Shown here piece by piece: positions 33,730-40,648 of a stretch of DNA of 40,648 nucleotides. The stretch's first letter is position 1; every line of letters begins with the position of its first letter. The stretch is from a virus. Under the pieces are notes generated by a model. That model saw only the letters and a program-made list of their open reading frames with translations, was not told where the DNA came from and ran no database searches. The stretch spans positions 1 through 40,648 of the IMG/VR virus record IMGVR_UViG_3300045988_025866. One strand, written 5' to 3'. The position numbers and the translations under genes were made by a program.

Positions 33730-33974
33730 GGGTGCCACCTCTCTATCACTTTGTGATCTGTGACATATCCCTCTAACGAGATTTCTATAAGTTCTCCAGA
33801 ACTCCACTCATATCGGCCTTGTTTGACTATAACTGTCGACAGTGTCCGTCTGAACAGCGGGTCCATCCCGCAGACAATAGCCATATCTTTTCTAAAACGT
33901 CCGCGTTCAAAAACCACATCATAGAGTTTTGAGACGTTTTTCATTACTGCTTTTTTTCGCTGCCGCTTGTTCAT
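33726..33974 (-). CDS. Hypothetical protein (82 aa)
   Basis: The ORF is translationally coupled on both sides. Confidence 0.6.
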   Translation of the reverse strand: MNKRQRKKAVMKNVSKLYDVVFERGRFRKDMAIVCGMDPLFRRTLSTVIVKQGRYEWSSGELIEISLEGYVTDHKVIERWHP

Positions 33975-34303
33975 TGACCTCTCCCTCTTAAATAGCTGGG
34001 AATATCATCCCCAACATTTACGCTGTCATACTGTTCCTTGCTGACAAGGAATTTACCGTAAGCTCCACAATCAATAGTGTAGAGATCATTAATTTTCTCT
34101 TTTCCAGTAACTTTGCCGTGCATTTCAGAACCAGCATTATCTACACGATGGATAGTCATTGTTTCAACTCTGCGTGGCACTGTCAGAACATAATATACTG
34201 ACAGCATGTTAACGACCAGACTGACGACTAAGATAGCGCTTGAAATAGTCAAACTATCCGTGTACCACTTTTTAGAGGTCTTCTTCTTTGACGAAAGTTC
34301 CAT
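33971..34303 (-). CDS. Hypothetical N-terminally membrane-anchored protein (110 aa)
   Basis: TM segment LTISSAILVVSLVVNMLSVYYVL. RBS is GGAAGGGAAAG. Confidence 0.6.
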   Translation of the reverse strand: MELSSKKKTSKKWYTDSLTISSAILVVSLVVNMLSVYYVLTVPRRVETMTIHRVDNAGSEMHGKVTGKEKINDLYTIDCGAYGKFLVSKEQYDSVNVGDDIPSYLRGRGQ

Positions 34304-34363
34304 TAATCATCTTTCCCTTCCTGTTTTTAATTTCTTCATACGCAATTCTGTTCTCGTAGATAT

Positions 34364-34555
34364 CTAAGCTTGTTCATCGTGCGTCCTCATGTCTTGATAA
34401 TCTCTAAAACTTTGAAATTTGCTGTATTCAGATATTGTCTGTTCAAGTGATTCTTCCACTAGAGCTGAAAGACTTTTGTAATTTCCGTACTTTTTCAAAG
34501 CTAAGATGTGTGTGAATAGATCACTGGAAATTGTAGCCTGCACTCTCTTGCTCAC
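34364..34555 (-). CDS. Small putative ribbon-helix-helix protein (63 aa)
   Basis: GTG at 34555 follows AAGAGGTGGAG. The N-terminus SKRVQATISSDLFTHILALKK has an RHH-like strand-helix pattern. The ORF track extends it to 34600 via an upstream GTG. Confidence 0.5.
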   Translation of the reverse strand: MSKRVQATISSDLFTHILALKKYGNYKSLSALVEESLEQTISEYSKFQSFRDYQDMRTHDEQA

Positions 34556-34620
34556 CACTCCACCTCTTTCACTTCCACGCCCGGGCAGTCGAATACCCAC
34601 TTATTGAACATCATATCCAT
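34552..34620 (-). pseudogene. Relic 3' end of a DUF1642-like gene (22 codons)
   Basis: Its translation MDMMFNKWVFDCPGVEVKEVEW parallels the C-terminus GFGWVFSCEGVEVKEVE of the intact gene 34978-35475. It ends in a GTGA overlap with the next gene. Confidence 0.5.
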
Positions 34621-34727
34621 AATATCTCCCCTTGCTGCCGATTCCAGTTTTTATTAAAGTTGTCGCCCACGAGGGACTTTTCCCAAAAAACGCACTTGCT
34701 TCTCGTCGTGTTTCAAAAAAATATTTT

Positions 34728-34985
34728 TTAGATTCCATTAATATGATCTACTTGAGGTAAATTGCCTGGATTCGGTATAAAGGCCTTAGCAACTAATCTA
34801 TGAGCTCTAAATGTTTTTTGTTTCCTTTTCCCCTTTGTCCCAACTTGAAGATTTATTAGCACATACCCATGACGTTTCACAATTCTTGACCTTACATTCT
34901 TTTTAGTTAACTTATTCCTAAATTCGCCATTTTCAGACACTTCATAATCCGGTGCTTCTAAAATCGTTTTCCATTCTTCATTCAA
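34728..34985 (-). pseudogene. Truncated HNH homing endonuclease (NUMOD4 plus the start of HNH_3)
   Basis: EEWKTILEAPDYEVSENGEFRN is a NUMOD4 motif. AHRLVAKAFIPNPGNLPQVDHINGI then hits a stop inside the HNH motif. The downstream 127 nt are non-coding. Confidence 0.65.
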
Positions 34986-35475
34986 CTTCTTTAACCTCTA
35001 CTCCTTCACAAGAGAAAACCCAGCCAAAGCCGTTCGCTTCTAGCTCTGTTCTCGTAAAACTTCCACCCTCACTATATTGAGTCCTTGTAAACTGTGGCGT
35101 TAATTCCTCGTTGTTTAAGTAATATTTGCCTAGATATTGCCCTAAACGACCTTTAATTTTAACCGTATATTTAGCCTCTTTATCGACCTCGTAGCCAAAT
35201 TGATGCATGTTTACGAGGACACTAAACGGGCTTACTTTGCCACTAATCAGCCATTTTTGAAAGTCAGTCAAACCGCCACGCTCGTAATTTTCTTCAGATC
35301 GGCAGACCTCTCGATACAGATTTATCTCAAACTCATCCTTATGCCCCTCATACCAATCCGCCACGTACTGTGGCACCACTGGTTTTTTAAAGAACGAATC
35401 ATATAGGTCTTCTGCATACGATACAGAAATATGTCCGATTGTTGATAATTTCTCGATTGCTTCTTGTCTAGTCAT
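34978..35475 (-). CDS. Hypothetical phage protein (165 aa; resembles DUF1642-type streptococcal phage proteins from memory)
   Basis: ORF with ATG start. N-terminus is MTRQEAIEKLSTIGHISVSYAEDLYD. Confidence 0.6.
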   Translation of the reverse strand: MTRQEAIEKLSTIGHISVSYAEDLYDSFFKKPVVPQYVADWYEGHKDEFEINLYREVCRSEENYERGGLTDFQKWLISGKVSPFSVLVNMHQFGYEVDKEAKYTVKIKGRLGQYLGKYYLNNEELTPQFTRTQYSEGGSFTRTELEANGFGWVFSCEGVEVKEVE

Positions 35476-35688
35476 TTAATTCAACTCCTTGTAAACGATT
35501 AATGCTGATGTATGGCAATATGTAGCACTAACACCGCTGTCGGCCACGCTTGAAATATTCGACTGATATTTGATATCAATGATTTTAATTTGTGGATTCT
35601 CTTCGATAAACTCATTAATCAATTCGTCGATGTCTTTGTAATCGGTGAATCCATATTTAACATCTAACCACTTCGTTCTAATCATCAT
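35476..35688 (-). CDS. Hypothetical protein (70 aa)
   Basis: It abuts the downstream gene and overlaps the upstream gene by 4 nt. Confidence 0.55.
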   Translation of the reverse strand: MMIRTKWLDVKYGFTDYKDIDELINEFIEENPQIKIIDIKYQSNISSVADSGVSATYCHTSALIVYKELN

Positions 35689-35888
35689 TTTCCTTCTCCC
35701 AGCAACATCTTTTCTAACTTCTCAATCTCTTTGGACCTTACATAAATTCGATTTGTCCCGTCTGCGAACGGTGTTTTACAAAAAATAATATTAGGACCAA
35801 TAGAGATGTGACCGATATCATCGACGTTTAAAATCGTGTCTATATCACACCCTTGATTGACGTTTGTAACTCTAATAAATTTAGCCAT
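35685..35888 (-). CDS. Hypothetical protein (67 aa)
   Basis: It is coupled to the upstream small ORF by a TAATG overlap. Confidence 0.55.
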   Translation of the reverse strand: MAKFIRVTNVNQGCDIDTILNVDDIGHISIGPNIIFCKTPFADGTNRIYVRSKEIEKLEKMLLGEGK

Positions 35889-36043
35889 TACTGTACCTCC
35901 ACCATTTCCACCTTATATTTTCTTGCATTGCGATATTTCACACCTCGCAAGCGGTGCAATTCGTTGATAGCGTCGTTCTTGTTGCTAAAAATATGCTCGC
36001 TGTCTTCCATGTTGTCGTAATATACGATTACTTTATATTTCAT
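35888..36043 (-). CDS. Small hypothetical protein (51 aa), below the ORF-track cut-off
   Basis: Translation is MKYKVIVYYDNMEDSEHIFSNKNDAINELHRLRGVKYRNARKYKVEMVEVQ. ATGA and TAATG overlaps link it to both neighbours. Confidence 0.5.
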   Translation of the reverse strand: MKYKVIVYYDNMEDSEHIFSNKNDAINELHRLRGVKYRNARKYKVEMVEVQ

Positions 36044-36210
36044 AGCTTTACTAATCTCCTTCCGTTTTCACTGGTTCTACGAGCGTATACCGGCGTGCCA
36101 TAGTAACCAACGGTGCTAGCTGACACACCAAGTTGTTCAGCTATTTCACGCTTAGTTCCCATTGCCAGTAATTCCTCGCCCTTATATAGCGCATACTCTT
36201 TTACTTGCAT
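36040..36210 (-). CDS. Small HTH protein (56 aa), below the ORF-track cut-off
   Basis: Translation is MQVKEYALYKGEELLAMGTKREIAEQLGVSASTVGYYGTPVYARRTSENGRRLVKL. The HTH is TKREIAEQLGVSASTVGYY. It overlaps both neighbours. Confidence 0.5.
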   Translation of the reverse strand: MQVKEYALYKGEELLAMGTKREIAEQLGVSASTVGYYGTPVYARRTSENGRRLVKL

Positions 36211-36437
36211 AATTCCATCATCCTCGTTAGTAATTCTTCATCCGGTAACTGCTCCAGCGTTAAGATACGATTTAACTTCTTGGTATTGATACCTAACTTA
36301 ACGCTGATAAGCTCCATATCCTTACGATTCTCCCAGAACCATCTCGAAAATTCTTGCGTCTGACCTAACACACTGGTATGGTCATAATTGCCGGGTGCAT
36401 ACACACCAACCAACTTATCCTTGTATTTGCTATTCAT
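36201..36437 (-). CDS. Hypothetical protein (78 aa)
   Basis: The ORF overlaps the RusA stop by 4 nt. Confidence 0.55.
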   Translation of the reverse strand: MNSKYKDKLVGVYAPGNYDHTSVLGQTQEFSRWFWENRKDMELISVKLGINTKKLNRILTLEQLPDEELLTRMMELCK

Positions 36438-36895
36438 TCGAGCTCCTTAATTTCAAACTCAATGCGTGGATTAGGACTGTACTTCTTGCGAGCTCTTAAA
36501 TCGCAGACAATACTGTCATCCGTCCAGACGATACCTTTCTTGTCCACTTTGTTGTATCCGGCTTTTGAGATGCTGTCAAATAGTGATTTAACCAGATTAT
36601 CAACGTCTGGAGTTTTTGCATGCCAAAGCTTTTCGGCCATAAACCGCTTAAACTTGTCCCATGTTTTAGCTCTCGCTTTTGGCGTGGGCTTTTTTGAAAT
36701 ATTCAATGGAGCTTTCATGTAAAAGGTGACATCAACCGAGATAGGGCCGTCAAAGAATTGCCCATCATATTCTTGCTCAATAAGTTGTGAGCATTGACGC
36801 CTCCACGCTTTCATCTTTGGGTCTTCATAAGTACCGAATTTGCTGAATCGTGGCCTTGTTTGGGGCTTTGGCTCGATGTTTAAAATCATCTTCAT
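36434..36895 (-). CDS. rusA: RusA-family Holliday junction resolvase
   Basis: The segment TPDVDNLVKSLFDSISKAG...VWTDDSIVCDL matches the RusA catalytic Asp pattern. Confidence 0.8.
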   Translation of the reverse strand: MKMILNIEPKPQTRPRFSKFGTYEDPKMKAWRRQCSQLIEQEYDGQFFDGPISVDVTFYMKAPLNISKKPTPKARAKTWDKFKRFMAEKLWHAKTPDVDNLVKSLFDSISKAGYNKVDKKGIVWTDDSIVCDLRARKKYSPNPRIEFEIKELE

Positions 36896-36903
36896 AAGCT
36901 CAC

Positions 36904-37359
36904 CTAGAATGGCAAATCTGATTCTTGGATATCCATAGGGTTTGAATTACCGAATGGAGCGCCACCTCTTGAATTGTTTGGTGCTTGCTGTTGTGGTTGT
37001 TGGTTGTAACCACCATTAGCATTTCCACCTTCACGCGCTGCACGGCTTTCCAACATTTGGAAGCTCTCAGCGACAACTTCGGTCACATATACACGTTGAC
37101 CTTGTTGATTCTCGTAGCTACGGGTCTGAATGCGTCCAGTAATGCCAATCAATGCGCCTTTTTTAGCCCAGTTAGCCAAATTCTCAGCTTGCTGGCGCCA
37201 GATAACGCAATTGATAAAATCTGTTTCACGTTCACCGTTAGAGTCCTTGAAGTTGCGGTTAACGGCTAGGCTGAAAGATGCAACTGCGATATTGTTTCCT
37301 GTGTATTTTAGTTCTGCGTCTCTTGTTAATCTTCCAACAAGACAGACTGAATTCAACAT
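36904..37359 (-). CDS. ssb: Single-stranded DNA-binding protein
   Basis: ATG at 37359 follows [29 protein letters not shown] is the OB-fold start. A Gln/Gly/Asn-rich linker and the acidic tail DIQESDLPF follow. Confidence 0.93.
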   Translation of the reverse strand: MLNSVCLVGRLTRDAELKYTGNNIAVASFSLAVNRNFKDSNGERETDFINCVIWRQQAENLANWAKKGALIGITGRIQTRSYENQQGQRVYVTEVVAESFQMLESRAAREGGNANGGYNQQPQQQAPNNSRGGAPFGNSNPMDIQESDLPF

Positions 37360-37372
37360 AGTTTCTCTCCTT

Positions 37373-38209
37373 TTATTCACGATTTAGTAAATCATCCAAT
37401 GTTAGAACCTCATGCAGTTTTTTCTGTGACTTGCAATAATCACAATGCCCACACTTCTTAGGTTCTTCGTTCCCAAGCATTACTTGATAGGCTCTAGGGG
37501 CGTGTCTAGTGATGTAATCAAGCCCTTCTTCTAGCCATTCTTCCGTTAGCTCAATGATTTCCTTGTCTGGCTGTTTCTCTTTCGATACTGCCACGATAAA
37601 CGGTTTGAATGTTGGATAGTCCATTTGTCGTAGTAGCTCTAAATAAGTCCCTAATTGGACATGGTATTGAAACCCTAGAATGTTGTTGACTGCCGTTGGT
37701 ACTTTAGCATGCAATTCCTCAGACCATTCCTTGGCCCAAATAGATTTCATGGTTTTTAAATCAACCACATAGCCTTTTGAAAAGTTGATACTATCCAACT
37801 TGCCTTTGAATGGCACGTCAGCGATGAATCCAGTGACAATCTTTTCCTTTTCGACTTTATCGCCTTTTTTCCCGTGATAAAGGTTATTAAAGAGTGTGTC
37901 ATCCTTTAGCGTTTCGATAACTTTCTCAGCTAACTTGAAATCCGATAACAATCCATAGGGTTTTCGACTAGAGAACAAGGTTTTTTTATTCTCTTCCTTG
38001 AATTTTTCGTGAGCTTCTTCACTCTCGAAATAGCTATGGACATAGTTGCCAAAGAGCAGAGGCTTTTGATCTCGTTCATCGTCCCAGATACCATCATCGA
38101 TAGCTTTGGCTCTAGCTTCACATTTCATGTATTCCTTGAAACGACTTACAGACATATAGGTTTTGTCAGAGTAATAGTTTTCCTCTGTCAAGATAGTTAA
38201 ATCAGTCAT
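37373..38209 (-). CDS. PD-(D/E)XK exonuclease, Cas4/RecB-like with a 4-Cys cluster
   Basis: Nuclease motif [18 protein letters not shown], then QLGTYLELL. The Cys residues lie in YMKCEARA and in the C-terminal CGHCDYC. The gene is paired with recT. Confidence 0.8.
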   Translation of the reverse strand: MTDLTILTEENYYSDKTYMSVSRFKEYMKCEARAKAIDDGIWDDERDQKPLLFGNYVHSYFESEEAHEKFKEENKKTLFSSRKPYGLLSDFKLAEKVIETLKDDTLFNNLYHGKKGDKVEKEKIVTGFIADVPFKGKLDSINFSKGYVVDLKTMKSIWAKEWSEELHAKVPTAVNNILGFQYHVQLGTYLELLRQMDYPTFKPFIVAVSKEKQPDKEIIELTEEWLEEGLDYITRHAPRAYQVMLGNEEPKKCGHCDYCKSQKKLHEVLTLDDLLNRE

Positions 38210-39035
38210 TTTCTACCTCTTTGATTTTGGTTGAATCACCCTCAAATAAGCTAACTTCTTCGATGATTTCGCCTGTTTCAGCGTCTACGCTTTTATCTGT
38301 TTCAGATTCAGCTTCATCACTCATTAGGTCACCTAAAAGTGTTTGAGTGTCTTCGTTCTGAGGTGTGACATCGATAGGGTCAGTTTTCACTTCCTCAGAT
38401 TGATTGTCTGAGATAAGACCCTCTTGCATTTCTGTCGAGAGTGGGGCGTATTTGCTCAAAATGCTCTTGAGTACGGTTTTTTGAGCCATAGCGTCAAAAT
38501 CTGTTGACCATGGCCCTCTTGCGTAAGTCTTTGAAAAGCGTTTACCGTGTGATTCCGCTTGTTCTTTCGTCCAGAATGTCAGCTTTTTAAAGCCGTTCAC
38601 AAGCTCAAACGTTGCAAAGTAGCCGTAAACTTCATCCTCTGGCTGAGTAAAGTCAATATCCAATGTTTCAAATAGTGGGTCATACGACTTAAACTGTGCT
38701 TTGTAGACCTTACCTGAATTAATGGCTTTAAACTGTCCTGAGCGAATAGCTAACTGGATAAGCCCTTTATATCCAAGTTGAAACTGTGCATCTTGCTTGT
38801 ACGGTACGATGTAAGCAAAACCTAAACTTGGTTCAATCGGCAAGTTCAAGACTGCTGCTTTCATTGCCGCCGTCATGATTGAAGCATTGCTTGCTCTTGC
38901 TAGTAGATTGTTGTTATTAACAATCGATAATAGACTGGCTGTAAATTGTCGTTCGTTCCCATTCAATACTTCTTGGAATTTCTGTTTTACTGCTGGTGTG
39001 TTAAAAAAGTCTTTGTGTGCTAGTTGATTTGTCAT
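38202..39035 (-). CDS. recT: RecT-family single-strand annealing protein
   Basis: The segment SIMTAAMKAAVLNLPIEPSLGFAYIVPYK...QFQLGYKGLIQLAIRSGQF shows the RecT pattern. The C-terminal tail is acidic. Confidence 0.88.
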   Translation of the reverse strand: MTNQLAHKDFFNTPAVKQKFQEVLNGNERQFTASLLSIVNNNNLLARASNASIMTAAMKAAVLNLPIEPSLGFAYIVPYKQDAQFQLGYKGLIQLAIRSGQFKAINSGKVYKAQFKSYDPLFETLDIDFTQPEDEVYGYFATFELVNGFKKLTFWTKEQAESHGKRFSKTYARGPWSTDFDAMAQKTVLKSILSKYAPLSTEMQEGLISDNQSEEVKTDPIDVTPQNEDTQTLLGDLMSDEAESETDKSVDAETGEIIEEVSLFEGDSTKIKEVEND

Positions 39036-39151
39036 GTTGTTCTCCTATTTTTGATTTGTTGTTATTACCCTCTAATTTCGCTCCTAATCAATCCTATTGT
39101 GTGGGTAGCATAATTACACTAGATACACTTTAAAATTGATTACAGACGATT

Positions 39152-39349
39152 TTAGACGTGTTCTCGTGCGTGTTGTTTGAATACTATCTTTGAACAGTAA
39201 CCAAACGCCATATATTCGTTGATTTTTTCGATGAATGAGAATAAATCTAGCTCGTTCATCATTTTTTGTTTATGGCTCTCTGAAAACACAAGCCCATGAA
39301 TACGCTCATAATCTTCAAACAGCTTTAGTTTTACTTCTTCTTCCGTCAT
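39152..39349 (-). CDS. Hypothetical protein (65 aa)
   Basis: ORF with ATG start, located between the loader and recT. Confidence 0.55.
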   Translation of the reverse strand: MTEEEVKLKLFEDYERIHGLVFSESHKQKMMNELDLFSFIEKINEYMAFGYCSKIVFKQHAREHV

Positions 39350-39355
39350 GATTTC

Positions 39356-40198
39356 TTATCTTTCTTGTTTTAGTTGATTAAGCGTGTATCGTTTATCTTC
39401 GATGTCTACTGCCCTGAAAACATTTCCTTCTAGTCCAGTACGTATACGACTTGCGACCCGTTCGCTGTAAAGGTTTGCTATTTCATTATTGCTTAGGTTG
39501 GTTGTGATAACAGTGTTCTTCCGATGGCTTAACACATCAAAGATAAATTCTTCTTCCCATGCTGATTTGGATTGCCCTGAGTTTCCAAGCTTAACGCCTA
39601 AATCATCAAGAAATAAGTAGTCAGCTTCCATAAGCATCCTTGAATAATAACTTTCTTTGCTTTCAAACTTAAAGCTTTCTCGGACTTTTCTTAGAATTTC
39701 TGTGAGATTGACAAATAGCACGCTTTTGGGGTTGCCTTTATCCTTGTAGGTTTCATTCAGTGTTTTAGCCATAGCGACAGTTAAATGAGTCTTACCAACT
39801 CCAGTAGTACCAGTTAGCAACGTGTTTCCTTCGAAGCCATTAAGATATTTCTGTGTTTGCGCTTTGGCAAAATCAAGCATCTGTTTTTCTTGGATTGTCT
39901 TAACAACAAAATTATCAAAGGATGCCGACTTTAACTCTTCAGGAATTGTACTGTCTCTCATGAGTACATCATAAGTTCTTAAGTAGAGGTTGTTTTTCAA
40001 ACTCTCTTTTACCAGTTCTTCTTCTTTTTTGTCTCTTTGTTCTTTGGCGCATTTTGGGCACACTGGAGAGGGTTTGCGTGGTTCGTCTTCTCCTGCAATT
40101 TTAACGGGAATATTGAGTTGCATCATAGGTAGCCCATGAATTGGACACCTCCCGTCTAGCCTTTTCGTGTTTGCGATAATTTCAGCTTGCGTTAGCAT
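39356..40198 (-). CDS. DnaC/IstB-like AAA+ helicase loader with N-terminal zinc ribbon
   Basis: Walker A is GTTGVGKTH and Walker B is YLFLDDLG. The N-terminus carries CPIHG...CPKC. Confidence 0.88.
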   Translation of the reverse strand: MLTQAEIIANTKRLDGRCPIHGLPMMQLNIPVKIAGEDEPRKPSPVCPKCAKEQRDKKEEELVKESLKNNLYLRTYDVLMRDSTIPEELKSASFDNFVVKTIQEKQMLDFAKAQTQKYLNGFEGNTLLTGTTGVGKTHLTVAMAKTLNETYKDKGNPKSVLFVNLTEILRKVRESFKFESKESYYSRMLMEADYLFLDDLGVKLGNSGQSKSAWEEEFIFDVLSHRKNTVITTNLSNNEIANLYSERVASRIRTGLEGNVFRAVDIEDKRYTLNQLKQER

Positions 40199-40234
40199 GT
40201 ATTACCTCTTTTCTAAAATGGGTTTTCGTCTGCC

Positions 40235-40648
40235 CTAGAAGCCCCATTCTTCATTGATTTCTGACTCTGTGTTAGTGTTGGTCTTTTGTTTTTTAGCTTC
40301 ACGGATCGCTTTGCTGTTTCTGACAAGTTCAACCGTCATTAGATTGTCTTGTTTCCAACGGTTAAGGATGGCTTTAATATAGGCAAAATTGGCTTTGCCT
40401 TGATTAACCGCTTCTTTTAGAGCTTCAAGGATAACGTCAGCGTTAAAGTCTTCTAGCATGTACTGCAAATCTTCCATTTGTAATGGTGATAGAGCTTTTC
40501 CTGTTTCTTGCTCAAAAGATTTGTAGAGATTTGCAAAATCTTGATTGAAAGGAGTGGCGGGGGTTGGTTGTTTTTCTTCTCTTACCTCTCCTCTCCTATC
40601 CTCTCCTATCCTATCCTCTCCTATCCTATCCTCTCCTATCCTATCCTC
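40235..40648 (-). CDS. Replisome organizer, C-terminal DnaD/DnaB_2-like part (continuation of 1-454)
   Basis: The frame is open from the window end. It reads EDRIGEDRIGEDRIGEDRRGEVREEKQPTPATPF..FEQETGKALSPLQMEDLQYMLEDFNADVILEALKEAVNQGKANFAYIKAILNRWKQDNL, which matches the DnaD C-terminal domain pattern. The repeat frame is the same as at nt 1-55. Confidence 0.85.
   Translation of the reverse strand, partial: EDRIGEDRIGEDRIGEDRRGEVREEKQPTPATPFNQDFANLYKSFEQETGKALSPLQMEDLQYMLEDFNADVILEALKEAVNQGKANFAYIKAILNRWKQDNLMTVELVRNSKAIREAKKQKTNTNTESEINEEWGF
40585..40648. repeat. Pentamer/15-bp tandem repeat, other side of the window-spanning array
   Basis: The array reads cctct cctct cctat, then (cctct cctat cctat) x3, then cctc. 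The last 49 nt equal nt 1-49. Confidence 0.95.

Overview
The window appears to be one complete, circularly permuted genome of a temperate siphovirus. The host is probably a low-GC Gram-positive; gene content looks Streptococcus-like, which is inference from motif recognition only, since no database search was run. The first 49 nt are identical to the last 49 nt. Both ends lie inside a 15-bp tandem repeat within a single replisome-organizer gene, so the window was cut or assembled through that repeat. If the 49 nt are an assembly overlap, the unit length is 40,599 bp.

Almost all genes are on the minus strand, so the lytic order runs from high to low coordinates and wraps around the window boundary:
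- A divergent cI/Cro switch lies at 6100-6453.
- A plus-strand lysogeny operon at 6454-8808 encodes cI, an ImmA-like metalloprotease, a membrane protein and the integrase. A candidate attP follows it.
- Early genes at 6303 down to 3264 include Cro, a DUF3102-like protein, an ORF6C protein and an Xis-like HTH protein.
- An LPXTG surface-adhesin cassette occupies 3118 down to 571.
- The replication and recombination module comprises the replisome organizer with embedded iterons, a DnaC-like loader, RecT, a PD-(D/E)XK exonuclease, SSB and RusA.
- A run of small, translationally coupled genes follows, including a decayed HNH homing-endonuclease gene.
- Next come a sigma-region-4-like late regulator and an HNH + P27-type TerS + TerL packaging module. 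TerL is split by a -1 frame change.
- The HK97-like head genes are portal, ClpP-type protease and major capsid.
- The tail genes include a canonical G/GT -1 frameshift, a 1575-aa tape measure carrying CHAP and SLT domains, Dit, a collagen-repeat Tal and a DUF859/knob fibre.
- The lysis cassette has two holins and a Pal-like Amidase_5 endolysin.
- A two-gene moron under a perfect consensus promoter lies next to attP.

Main second-look items:
- The sortase-anchored MSCRAMM-like adhesin sits inside the early operon.
- Strong extended -10 boxes (TGnTATAAT), most with short terminators, point antisense into the 5' ends of the rep, adhesin, int and late-regulator genes. These are candidate cis-antisense sRNAs.
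- A tRNA-like acceptor/T-arm minihelix lies in a 310-nt non-coding gap.
- TerL is interrupted.
- An origin is embedded in the replisome-organizer gene.
- Two plus-strand morons in the early region share one promoter.
- A mosaic scar flanks the dead HNH gene.

All family calls rest on motifs I can read in the translations; none were verified by search.
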